This document shows positions 1 to 11,400 of a DNA stretch of 64,000 bases, piece after piece. The notes beneath the pieces were generated by a model. That model made no database searches and was not told where the DNA came from. It saw only the letters and a list, made by a program, of their open reading frames with translations. The translations under genes and the position numbers were made by a program. Source of the stretch: Eledone cirrhosa (taxonomy: Eukaryota); the NCBI GenBank assembly GCA_964016885.1, contig OZ024743.1, positions 139,252,001 to 139,316,000 on the forward strand, in the 5' to 3' direction. Numbering within the stretch: the first letter of the stretch is position 1; every line of letters begins with the position of its first letter.

Positions 1-3000
1 TGCTTGGGGTTTGGTGTTTGGGGCTTGGTGTTTGGTGCTTTGTGCTTGCTGTTTGGTGTTTGGTGTTTGGTTCTTGGTGCTTGGTGTTTGGTGTTTGGTG
101 TTTGGTGCTTGGTGCTTGGTGCTTGGTGCTTGGTGCTTGGTGCTTGGTGTTTGGTGCTTGGTGCCTGGTGCTTGTTGTTTGGTGTTTGGTGCTTAGTGCT
201 TGGTGTTTGGTGTTTGGTGCTTGGTGCTTGGTGGCTGGTGTTTGGTGCTTGGTGTTTGGAGTTTGGTGCTTGGTGCTTGGTGCCTGGTGTTTCGTGCTTG
301 GTGCTTGGTGCTTGGTGTTTGGTGTTTGGTGCTTGGTGTTTGGTGTTTGGTACTTGGTGCTTGGTGTTTGGTGCTTGGTGTTTGATGCTGCGTGCTTGGT
401 GTTTGGTGTTTGGTGCTTGGTGCTTGGTGTTTGGTGTTTGGAGCTTGGTGCCTGGTGCTTGTTGCTTGGTGTTTGGCGTTTGGTGCTTGGTTCCTGGTGT
501 TTCGTGCTTGGTGCTTGGTGCTTGGTGTTTGGTGTTTGGTGCTTGGTGTTTGGTGTTTGGTACTTGGTGCTTGGTGCTTGGTGCTTGGTGTTTGGTGCTT
601 GGTGTTTGATGCTGCGTGCTTGGTGTTTGGTGTTTGGTGCTTGGTGCTTGGTGTTTGGTGTTTGGAGCTTGGTGCCTGGTGCTTGTTGCTTGGTGTTTGG
701 CGCTTGGTGCTTGGTGTTTGGTGTTTGGTGCTTGGTGCTTGGTGCTTGGTATCTGGTGTTTGGTGCTTGATGTTTGGTGTTTGGTGCTTGGTGTTTGGTG
801 TTTGGTGCTTGGTGCTTGGTGTTTGGTACTTGGTGCTTGGTGTTTTGTGTTTGGTGCTTGGTGCTTGGTGCCTGGTGCTTGGTGCTTGGTGCTTGTTGTT
901 TGGTGCTTGGTGCTTGGTGATTAGTGTTTGGTGCTTGGTGCTTGCGGTTTGGTGTTTGGTGCTTGGGGTTTGGTGCTTGGTGCTTGGTGCTTGGTGTTTG
1001 GTGCTTGGTGCTTGGTGTTTGGTGCTTGGTGCCTGGTGTTTGGTGTTTGGCGTTTGCTGTTTGCTGTTTGGTGTTTGGTGCTTGCTGTTTGGTGCTTGGT
1101 GCATGGTGTTTGGTGTTTGGTGTTTTGTGCTTGGTGCTTGGTGTTTGGTGCTTGGTGCTTGGTGCTGGGTGTTTGGTGCTTGGTGCTTGGTGTTTGGTGC
1201 TTGGTGCTTGGTGCTTGGCGTTTGGTCCTTGGTGCTTGGTGCTTGGTATTTGGTGGTTGGGTTTTGGTGTTTGGTGCTTGGTGCTTGGTGTTTGGTGCTT
1301 GGTCTTGGTGCTTGGTGCTTGGTGTTTGGTGATTGCTGCTTGGTGCTTGGTGTTTGGTACTTGGTGCTTGGTGATTAGTGTTTGGTGATTGGTGCTTGGG
1401 GTTTGCTGTTTGGTGCTTGGTGTTTGGTGCTTGGTGCTTGCTGTTAGGTGTTTGGTGTTTGGTTCTTGGTGCTTGGTGTTTGGTGTTTGGTGTCTGGTGC
1501 TTGGTGCTTGGTGCTTGGTGTTTGGTGCTTGGTGCTTGGTGCTTGGTGTTTGGTGCTGCGTGCTTGGTGTTTGGTGTTTGGTGCTTGGTGCCTGGTGCTT
1601 GTTGTTTGGTGTTTGGTGCTTAGTGCTTGGTGTTTGGTGTTTGGTGCTTGGTGCTTGTTGTTTGGTGCTTGGTGCTTGGTGCCTGGTGTTTCGTGCTTGG
1701 TGCTTGGTGCTTGGTGTTTGGTGTTTGGGGATTGGTGTTTGGTGTTTGGTGCTGGGTGCATGGAGTTTGGTGCTTGGTGCTTAGTGCTTGGTGTTTTGTG
1801 TTTGGTGCTTGGTATTTGATGCTTGGTGTGTGGTGCTTGGTGCTTGGTGTTTTGTGTTTGGTGCTTGGTGCTTGGTGCCTGGTGCTTGGTGCTTGGTGCT
1901 TGTTGTTTGGTGCTTGGTGCTTGATGATTAGTGTTTGGTGCTTGGTGCTTGGTGTTTGGTGCTTGGTGTTTGGTGCTTGGTGCCTGGTGCTTGGTGTTTG
2001 GTGTTTGGTGCTTGGTGTTTGGTGCTTGGTGTTTGGTACTTGGTGTTCGGTGCTTGGTGCTTGGTGCTTGGTGTTTGATGTTTGGTCCGTGGTGCTTGGT
2101 GTTTGGTGTTGTGTGCTTGGTGCTTGGTGCTTGCTGTTTGGTTTTTGGTGCTTGGTGTTTGGTGTTTGCTGTTTGGTGTTTGCTGTTTGGTGTTTGGTGT
2201 TTGGTGCTGGCTGTTTGGTGCTTGGTGCTTGGTATTTGGTGTTTGGTGCTTGGTGTTTGGTGCTTGGTGCTTGGTGCTGGGTGTTTGGTGCTTGGTGCTT
2301 GGTGTTTGGTGCTTGGTGCTTGGTGCTTGGTGCTTGGTGTTTGGTGCTTGGTGCTTGGTCTTTGGTGCTTGGGTTTTGGTGTTTGGGGCTTGGTGTTTGG
2401 TGCTTAGTGCTTGCTGTTTGGTGTTTGGTATTTGGTTCTTGGTGCTTGGTGTTTGGTGTTTGGTGTTTGGTGGTTGGTGCTTGGTGCTTGGTGTTTGGTG
2501 CTTGGTGCTTGGTGCTTGGTGTTTGGTGCTGCGTGCTTGGTGTTTGGTGTTTGGTGCTTGGTGCCTGGTGCTTGTTGTTTGGTGTTTCGTGCTTAGTGCT
2601 TGGTGTTTGGTGTTTGGTGCTTGGTGCTTGGTGGCTGGTGTTTGGTGCTTGGTGTTTGGAGTTTGGTGCTTGGTGCTTGGTGCCTGGTGTTTCGTGCTTG
2701 GTGCTTGGTGCTTGGTGTTTGGTGTTTGCTGCTTGGTGTTTGGTGTTTGGTACTTGGTGCTTGGTGCTTGGTGCTTGGTGTTTGGTGCTTGGTGTTTGAT
2801 GCTGCGTGCTTGGTGTTTGGTGTTTGGTGCTTGGTGCTTGGTGTTTGGTGTTTGGAGCTTGGTGCCTGGTGCTTGTTGTTTGGTGTTTGGCTCTTGGTGC
2901 TTGGTGTTTGGTGTTTGGTGCTTTGTGCTTGGTGCTTGGTATCTGGTGTTTGGTGCTTGATGTTTGGTGTTTGGTGTTTGGTGCTTGGTGCTTGGTGTTT

Positions 3001-4440
3001 GGTGCTTGGTGTTTGGTGTTTGGTGTTTGATGCTTGGTGTTTGCTGCTTGGTGCTTGGTGCTTGGTGTTTTGTGTTTGGTGCTTGGTGCTTGGTGCTTGG
3101 TGCCTGGTGCTTGGTGCTTGGTGCTTGTTGTTTGGTGCTTGGTGCTTGGTGATAAGTGTTTGGTGCTTGGTGCTTGCGGTTTGGTGTTTGGTGCTTGGGG
3201 TTTGGTGTTTGGTGCTTGGTGCTTGGTGTTTGGTGCTTGGTGCTTGGTGCTTGGTGTTTGGTGCTTGGTGCTTGGTGTTTGGTGCTTGGTGCTTGGTGTT
3301 TGGTGTTTGGCGTTTGCTGTTTGCTGTTTGGTGTTTGGTGCTTGCTGTTTGGTGCTTGGTGCTTGGTGTTTGGTGTTTGGTGTTTGGTGCTTGGTGCTTG
3401 GTGTTTGGTGCTTGGTGCTTGGTGCTGGGTGTTTGGTGCTTGGTGCTTGGTGTTTGGTGCTTGGTGCTTGGTGCTTGGTGTTTGGTCCTTGGTGCTTGGT
3501 GTTTGGTGCTTGGTTCTTGGTGCTTGGTGCGTGGTGTTTGGTGATTGCTGCTTGGTGCATGGTGTTTGGTGCTTGGTGCTTGGTGATTAGTGTTTGGTGA
3601 TTGGTGCTTGGTGTTTGGTGTTTGGTGCTTTGTGCTTGGTGCTTGGTATCAGGTGTTTGGTGCTTGATGTTTGGTGTTTGGTGCTTGGTGCTTGGTGTTT
3701 GGTGCTTGGTGCTTGCTGTTTGGTGTTTGGTGTTTGGTTCTTGGTGCTTGGTGTTTGGTGTTTGGTGTCTGGTGCTTGGTGCTTGGTGCTTGGTGTTTGG
3801 TGCTTGGTGCTTGGTGCTTGGTGTTTGGTGCTGCGTGCTTGGTGTTTGGTGTTTGGTGCTTGGTGCCTGGTGCTTGTTGTTTGGTGTTTGGTGCTTAGTG
3901 CTTGGTGTTTGGTGTTTGGTGCTTGGTGCTTGGTGGCTGGTGCTTGGTGCTTGGTGTTTGGAGTTTGGTGCTTGGTGCTTGGTGCCTGGTGTTTCGTGCT
4001 TGGTGCTTGGTGCTTGGTGTTTGGTGTTTGGTGCTTGGTGTTTGGTGTTTGGTACTTGGTGCTTGGTGCTTGGTGCTTGGTGTTTGGTGCTTGGTGTTTG
4101 ATGCTGCGTGCTTGGTGTTTGGTGTTTGGTGCTTGGTGCTTGGTGTTTGGTGTTTGGAGCTTGGTTCCTGCTGCTTGTTGTTTGGTGTTTGGTGCTTGGT
4201 GCTTGGTGTTTGGTGTTTGGTGCTTGGTGCTTGGTGCTTGGTATCTGGTGTTTGGTGCTTGATGTTTGGTGTTTGGTGCTTGGTGCTTGGTGCTTGGTGT
4301 TTGGTGTTTGGTGCTTGGTGCTTGGTGTTTGGTGCTTGGTGTTTGGTGTTTGGTGTTTGATGCTTGGTGTTTGCTGCTTGGTGCTTGGTGCTTGGTGTTT
4401 TGTGTTTGGTGCATGGTGCCTGGTGCCTGGTGCTTGGTGC
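1..4440 (+). repeat. Left, more mosaic satellite segment with internal repeats at offsets 2,400 and 1,302 bp
   Basis: The block TTAGTGC...TTGGTGG CTGGTG...TTGGAGT...TTCGTGC recurs near 193, 2593 and 3895 (ORF starts 200, 2600, 3902). It shares TGGTGGCTGG and TTGGCGT-TTGCTGT-TTGCTGT markers with the 26-48 kb domain. Confidence 0.7.
893..948 (+). other. Recurrent conserved box centred on TTGGTGA-TTAGTGT (first of ~95-100 copies)
   Basis: GGTGATTAGTGT recurs from ~914 to ~63516. Many + strand ORFs end at this site (...LGD*). Flanking units are also conserved. Confidence 0.85.
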
Positions 4441-7126
4441 TTGGTGATTTTGTTTGGTGCTTGGTGCTTGCGATTTGATGTTTGGTGCTTGGGGTTTGGT
4501 GTTTGGTGCTTGGTGCTTGGTGTTTGGTGCTTGGTGCTTGGTGCTTGGTGTTTGGTGCTTGGTGCTTGGTGTTAGGTGTTTGGTGCTTGGTGCTTGGTGT
4601 TTGGTGCTTGGTGATTGGTGCTTGGTGTTTTGTGCTTGGTGCTTGGTGTTTGGTGTTTGGTGCTAGGGGCTTGGTGCTTGGTGCTTGGTGTTTAGTGCCT
4701 GGTGCTTGCTGTTTGGTGTTTGGTGCTTGGTGCGTGGGACATAGTATTTGGTGTTTGGTGCTTGGTGTTTGGTGATTGGTGTTTGGTGCTTGGTGTTTGG
4801 GGCTTGGTGTTCGGTGCTTGGTGTTTTGTGCTTGGGGCTTGGTGTTTGGTGTTTGGTGCTTGGTGCTTGGTGTTTGATCTTGGGTCCTTGGTGCTTGGTC
4901 TTTGGTGTTTGGTGCTTGGTGCTTGGTGTTTGGTGCTTGGTGCTTGGTGTTTGGTGTTTGGTGCTTGGTGCTTGGGGCTTGGTGTTTGGTGCTTGGTGCT
5001 TGGTGTTTGGTGCTTGGTGCTTGGGGCTTGGTAGTTGGTGCTTGGTGCTTGGTGCCTGGTGTTTGGTGTTTGGTGTTTGGTGCTTGGTGTTTGGTGATTG
5101 GTGCTTGGTGCTGGGTGGTTGGTGTTTGGTGCTTGATGCTTGGTGTTTGGTGCTTGGTGCTTGGTGCTTGTTGTTTGGTGCTTGGTGCTTGGTGCTTGGT
5201 CTTTGGTGCATGGTGTTTGGTGTTTGGCGCTTGGTGCTTGGTGCTTGGTGTTTGGTGCTTGGTGCTTGGTGCTTGGTGTTTGGTGCTTGGTTCTTGGTGA
5301 TTAGTGTTTGTTGCTTGGTGCTTGGTGTTTGGTGTTTGGTGTTTGCTGTTTGGTGTCTGCTTTTTGGTGTTTGGTGTTTGCTGTATGGTGTTTGCTGTTT
5401 CGTATTTGGTTTTTGCTGTTTGGTGTTTGGTGTTTGCTGTTTTGTGTTTGGTGTTTGGTGCTTGGTGCTTGGTGCTTGGTGTTTGGCGTTTGGTGCTTGG
5501 AGCTTGGTGTTTGGTGCTTGGTGCTTGGTGTTTGGTGTTTGGTGCTTGGTGCCTGGTGCTTGTTGTATGGTGTTTGGTGCTTGGTGCTTGGTGTTTGGTG
5601 TTTGCTGCTTGGTGTCTGGTGTTTGGTGCTTGGTGCTTGGTGCTTGGTGTTTGGTGTTTGGTGCTTGGTGCTTGGTGTTTGGTGTTTGGTGCTGGGTGCA
5701 TGGAGTTTGGTGCTTGGTGCTTAGTGCTTGGTGTTTGGTGTTTGGTGCTTGGTATTTGGTGTTTGGTGTTTGATGCTTGGTGTGTGGTGCTTGGTGATTG
5801 GTGTTTTGTGTTTGGTGCTTGGTGCTTGGTGCCTGGTGCTTGGTGCTTGGTGCTTGTTGTTTGGTGCTTGGTGCTTGGTGATTAGTGTTTGGTGCTTGGT
5901 CCTTGGGGTTTGCTGTTTGGTGCGTGGAGCTTGGTATTTGGTGCTTGGTGCTTGGTGTTTGGTGTTTGGTGCTTGGGGTTTGGTGTTTGGTGCTTGGTGC
6001 TTGGTGTTTGGTGCTTGGTGCTTGGTGTTTGGTGCTTGGTGCTTTGTGTTTGGTGCTTGGTGTTTGGTGCTTGGTGCTTGGTGCTTGGTGCTTGGTGTTA
6101 GGTGTTTGGTGCTTGGTGATTGGTGTTTGATGTTAGGTTCTTGGTGCTTGGTGTTTGGTGTTTGGTGCTTGGTACTTGGTGTTTGGTGTTTGGTGGTTGC
6201 TGCTTGGTGCTTTTTTTTTGTGTTTGGAGTTTGGTGCTTGGTGTTTGGTGCTTCGGTCTTGGTGTTTGGTGTTTGGTGATTGCTGCTTGTTGCTTGGTGT
6301 TTGGTGCTTGGTGCTTGGTGATTAGTGTTTGGTGATTAGTGCTTGGGGTTTGCTGTTTGGTGCTTGGTGTTTGGTGCTTGGTGCTTGCTGTTTGGTGTTT
6401 GGTGTTTGGTTCTTGGTGCTTGGTGCTTGGTGTTTGGTGCTTGGTGCTTGGTGCTTGGTGCTTGGTGTTTGGTGCTTGGTGTTTGATGCTGCGTGCCTGG
6501 TGTTTGGTGTTTGGTGCTTGGTGCTTGGTGCTTGGTGTTTGGTGTTTGGAGCTTGATTCCTGCTGCTTGTTGTTTGGTGTTTGGTGCTTGGTGCTTGGTG
6601 TTTGGTGTTTGGTGCTTGGTGCTTGGTGCTTGGTATCTGGTGTTTGGTGCTTGGTCTTTGGTGTTTGGTGCTTGGTGCTTGGTGTTTGGTGCTTGGTGTT
6701 TGGTGTTTGGTCTTTGATGCTTGGTGTTTGCTGCTTGGTGCTTGGTGCTTGGTGTTTTGTGTTTGGTGCTTGGTGCCTGGTGCCTGGTGCTTGGTGCTTG
6801 GTGCTTGTTGTTTGGTGCTTGGTGCTTGGTGATTAGTGTTTGGTGCTTGGTGCTTGCGGTTTGATGTTTGGTGCTTGGGGTTTGGTGTTTGGTGCTTGGT
6901 GCTTGGTGTTTGGTGCTTGGTGCTTGGTGCTTGGTGTTTGGTGCTTGGTGCTTGGTGTTAGGTGTTTGGTGCTTGGTGCTTGGTGTTTGATGTTTGGTCC
7001 TTGGTGCTTGGTGTTTGGTGTTTGGTGCTTGGTGCTTGGTGTTTGGTGTTTGGTGCTTGCTGCTTGCTGCTTGGTGTTTGGTGCTTGGTGATTGGTGCTT
7101 GGTGTTTTGTGCTTGGTGCTTGGTGC

Positions 7127-7434
7127 TTGGTATCTGGTGTTTGGTGCTTGGTGTTTGGTGTTTGGTGCTTGGTGCTTGGTGTTTGGTGCTTGGTGTTTGG
7201 TGTTTGGTGTTTGATGCTTGGTGTTTGCTGCTTGGTGCTTGGTGCTTGGTGTTTTGTGTTTGGTGCTTGGTGCTTGGTGCTTGGTATCTGGTGTTTGGTG
7301 CTTGGTGTTTGGTGTTTGGTGCTTGGTGCTTGGTGTTTGGTGCTTGGTGTTTGGTGTTTGGTGTTTGATGCTTGGTGTTTGCTGCTTGGTGCTTGGTGCT
7401 TGTTGTCTTGTGTTTGGTGCTTGGTGCCTGGTGC
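7127..7434 (+). repeat. 154-bp (22-heptamer) tandem doublet starting TTGGTAT-CTGGTGT; representative copy
   Basis: Marker pairs at 7127/7281, 9639/9793, 16246/16400, 22203/22357, 51597/51751 and 58737/58891. Confidence 0.8.
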
Positions 7435-8499
7435 CTGGTGCTTGGTGCTTGTTGTTTGGTGCTTGGTGCTTGGTGATTAGTGTTTGGTGCTTGGTGCTTG
7501 CGGTTTGATGTTTGGTGCTTGGGGTTTGGTGTTTGGTGCTTGGTGTTTGGTGTTTGGTGCTTGCTGCTTGCTGCTTGGTGTTTGGTGCTTGGTGATTGGT
7601 GCTTGGTGTTTTGTGCTTGGTGCTTGGTGTTTGGTGTTTGGTGCTAGGGGCTTGGTGATTGGTGCTTGGTGTTTGGTGCCTGGTGCTTGCTGTTTGGTTT
7701 TTGGTGCTTGGTGCGTGGGACATAGTGTTTGGTGTTTGGTGCTTGGTGTTTGGTGATTGGTGTTTGGTGCTTGGTGTTTGGGGCTTGGTGTTCGGTGCTT
7801 GGTGCTTGGTGCTTGGGGCTTGGTGATTGGTGTTTGGTGCTTGGTGCTTGGTGTTTGATCTTGGGTCCTTGGTGCTTGGTCTTTGGTGTTTGGTGCTTGG
7901 TGCTTGGTGTTTGGTGCTTGGTGCTTGGTGTTTGGTGTTTGGTGCTTGGTGCTTGGGGCTTGGTGTTTGGTGCTTGGTGCTTGGTGTTTGGTGCTTGGTG
8001 CTTGGGGCTTGGTAGTTGGTGCTTGGTGCTTGGTGCCTGGTGTTTGGTGTTTGGAGTTTGGTGCTTGGTGTTTGGTGCTTGGTGCTTGGTGTTTGGTGTT
8101 TGCTGCTTGGTGTCTGGTGTTTGGTGCTTGGTGTTTGGTGCTTGGTGCTTGGTGCTTGGTGCTTGGTGTTTGGTGTTTGGTGCTTGGTGCTTGGTGTTTG
8201 GTGTTTGGTGCTGGGTGCATGGAGTTTGGTGCTTGGTGCTTAGTGCTTGGTGTTTGGTGTTTGGTGCTTGGTATTTGGTGTTTGGTGTTTGATGCTTGGT
8301 GTGTGGTGCTTGGTGATTGGTGTTTTGTGTTTGGTGCTTGGTGCTTGGTGCCTGGTGCTTGGTGCTTGGTGCTTGTTGTTTGGTGCTTGGTGCTTGGTGA
8401 TTAGTGTTTGGTGCTTGGTCCTTGGGGTTTGCTGTTTGGTGCGTGGAGCTTGGTATTTGGTGCTTGGTGCTTGGTGTTTGGTGTTTGGTGCTTGGGGTT

Positions 8500-11400
8500 T
8501 GGTGTTTGGTGCTTGGTGCTTGGTGTTTGGTGCTTGGTGCTTGGTGTTTGGTGCTTGGTGCTTTGTGTTTGGTGCTTGGTGTTTGGTGCTTGGTGCTTGG
8601 TGCTTGGTGCTTGGTGTTAGGTGTTTGGTGCTTGGTGATTGGTGTTTGATGTTAGGTTCTTGGTGCTTGGTGTTTGGTGTTTGGTGCTTGGTACTTGGTG
8701 TTTGGTGTTTGGTGGTTGCTGCTTGGTGCTTTTTTTTTGTGTTTGGAGTTTGGTGCTTGGTGTTTGGTGCTTCGGTCTTGGTGTTTGGTGTTTGGTGATT
8801 GCTGCTTGTTGCTTGGTGTTTGGTGCTTGGTGCTTGGTGATTAGTGTTTGGTGATTGGTGCTTGGGGTTTGCTGTTTGGTGCTTGGTGTTTGGTGCTTGG
8901 TGCTTGCTGTTTGGTGTTTGGTGTTTGGTTCTTGGTGCTTGGTGCTTGGTGTTTGGTGCTTGGTGCTTGGTGCTTGGTGCTTGGTGTTTGGTGCTTGGTG
9001 TTTGATGCTGCGTGCTTGGTGTTTGGTGTTTGGTGCTTGGTGCTTGGTGTTTGGTGTTTGGAGCTTGATTCCTGCTGCTTGTTGTTTGGTGTTTGGTGCT
9101 TGGTGCTTGGTGTTTGGTGTTTGGTGCTTGGTGCTTGGTGCTTGGTATCTGGTGTTTGGTGCTTGGTCTTTGGTGTTTGGTGCTTGGTGCTTGGTGTTTG
9201 GTGCTTGGTGTTTGGTGTTTGGTCTTTGATGCTTGGTGTTTGCTGCTTGGTGCTTGGTGCTTGGTGTTTTGTGTTTGGTGCTTGGTGCCTGGTGCCTGGT
9301 GCTTGGTGCTTGGTGCTTGTTGTTTGGTGCTTGGTGCTTGGTGATTAGTGTTTGGTGCTTGGTGCTTGCAGTTTGATGTTTGGTGCTTGGGGTTTGGTGT
9401 TTGGTGCTTGGTGCTTGGTGTTTGGTGCTTGGTGCTTGGTGCTTGGTGTTTGGTGCTTGGTGCTTGGTGTTAGGTGTTTGGTGCTTGGTGCTTGGTGTTT
9501 GATGTTTGGTCCTTGGTGCTTGGTGTTTGGTGTTTGGTGCTTGGTGCTTGGTGTTTGGTGTTTGGTGCTTGCTGCTTGCTGCTTGGTGTTTGGTGCTTGG
9601 TGATTGGTGCTTGGTGTTTTGTGCTTGGTGCTTGGTGCTTGGTATCTGGTGTTTGGTGCTTGGTGTTTGGTGTTTGGTGCTTGGTGCTTGGTGTTTGGTG
9701 CTTGGTGTTTGGTGTTAGGTGTTTGATGCTTGGTGTTTGCTGCTTGGTGCTTGGTGCTTGGTGTTTTGTGTTTGGTGCTTGGTGCTTGGTGCTTGGTATC
9801 TGGTGTTTGGTGCTTGGTGTTTGGTGTTTGGTGCTTGGTGCTTGGTGTTTGGTGCTTGGTGTTTGGTGTTTGGTGTTTGATGCTTGGTGTTTGCTGCTTG
9901 GTGCTTGGTGCTTGTTGTCTTGTGTTTGGTGCTTGGTGCCTGGTGCCTGGTGCTTGGTGCTTGGTGCTTGTTGTTTGGTGCTTGCTGCTTGGTGATTAGT
10001 GTTTGGTGCTTGGTGCTTGCGGTTTGATGTTTGGTGCTTGGGGTTTGGTGTTTGGTGCTTGGTGTTTGGTGTTTGGTGCTTGCTGCTTGCTGCTTGGTGT
10101 TTGGTGCTTGGTGATTGGTGCTTGGTGTTTTGTGCTTGGTGCTTGGTGTTTGGTGTTTGGTGCTAGGGGCTTGGTGATTGGTGCTTGGTGTTTGGTGCCT
10201 GGTGCTTGCTGTTTGGTTTTTGGTGCTTGGTGCGTGGGACATAGTGTTTGGTGTTTGGTGCTTGGTGTTTGGTGATTGGTGTTTGGTGCTTGGTGTTTGG
10301 GGCTTGGTGTTCGGTGCTTGGTGCTTGGTGCTTGGGGCTTGGTGTTTGGTGTTTGGTGCTTGGTGCTTGGTGTTTGATCTTGGGTCCTTGGTGCTTGGTC
10401 TTTGGTGTTTGGTGCTTGGTGCTTGGTGTTTGGTGCTTGGTGCTTGGTGTTTGGTGTTTGGTGCTTGGTGCTTGGGGCTTGGTGTTTGGTGCTTGGTGCT
10501 TGGTGTTTGGTGCTTGGTGCTTGGGGCTTGGTAGTTGGTGCTTGGTGCTTGGTGCCTGGTGTTTGGTGTTTGGAGTTTGGTGCTTGGTGTTTGGTGCTTG
10601 GTGCTTGGTGCTGGGTGGTTGGTGTTTGGTGCTTGGTGCTTGGTGTTTGGTGCTTGGTGCTTGGTGCTTGTTGTTTGGTGCTTGGTGCTTGGTGCTTGGT
10701 CTTTGGTGCATGGTGTTTGGTGTTTGGCGCTTGGTGCTTGGTGCTTGGTGTTTGGTGCTTGGTGCTTGGTGCTTGGTGTTTGGTGCTTGGTTCTTGGTGA
10801 TTAGTGTTTGTTGCTTGGTGCTTGGGGTTTGGTGGTTGGTCCTTGGTGCTTGGTGTTTGGTGTTTGGTGTTTGGTGTTTGGTGTTTGCTGTTTGGTGTCT
10901 GCTTTTTGGTGTTTGGTGTTTGCTGTATGGTGTTTGCTGTTTCGTATTTGGTTTTTGCTGTTTGGTGTTTGGTGTTTGCTGTTTTGTGTTTGGTGTTTGG
11001 TGCTTGGTGCTTGGTGCTTGGTGTTTGGCGTTTGGTGCTTGGAGCTTGGTGTTTGGTGCTTGGTGCTTGGTGTTTGGTGTTTGGTGCTTGGTGCCTGGTG
11101 CTTGTTGTATGGTGTTTGGTGCTTGGTGCTTGGTGTTTGGTGTTTGCTGCTTGGTGTCTGGTGTTTGGTGCTTGGTGTTTGGTGCTTGGTGCTTGGTGCT
11201 TGGTGCTTGGTGTTTGGTGTTTGGTGCTTGGTGCTTGGTGTTTGGTGTTTGGTGCTGGGTGCATGGAGTTTGGTGCTTGGTGCTTAGTGCTTGGTGTTTG
11301 GTGTTTGGTGCTTGGTATTTGGTGTTTGGTGTTTGATGCTTGGTGTGTGGTGCTTGGTGATTGGTGTTTTGTGTTTGGTGCTTGGTGCTGGGTGCCTGGT

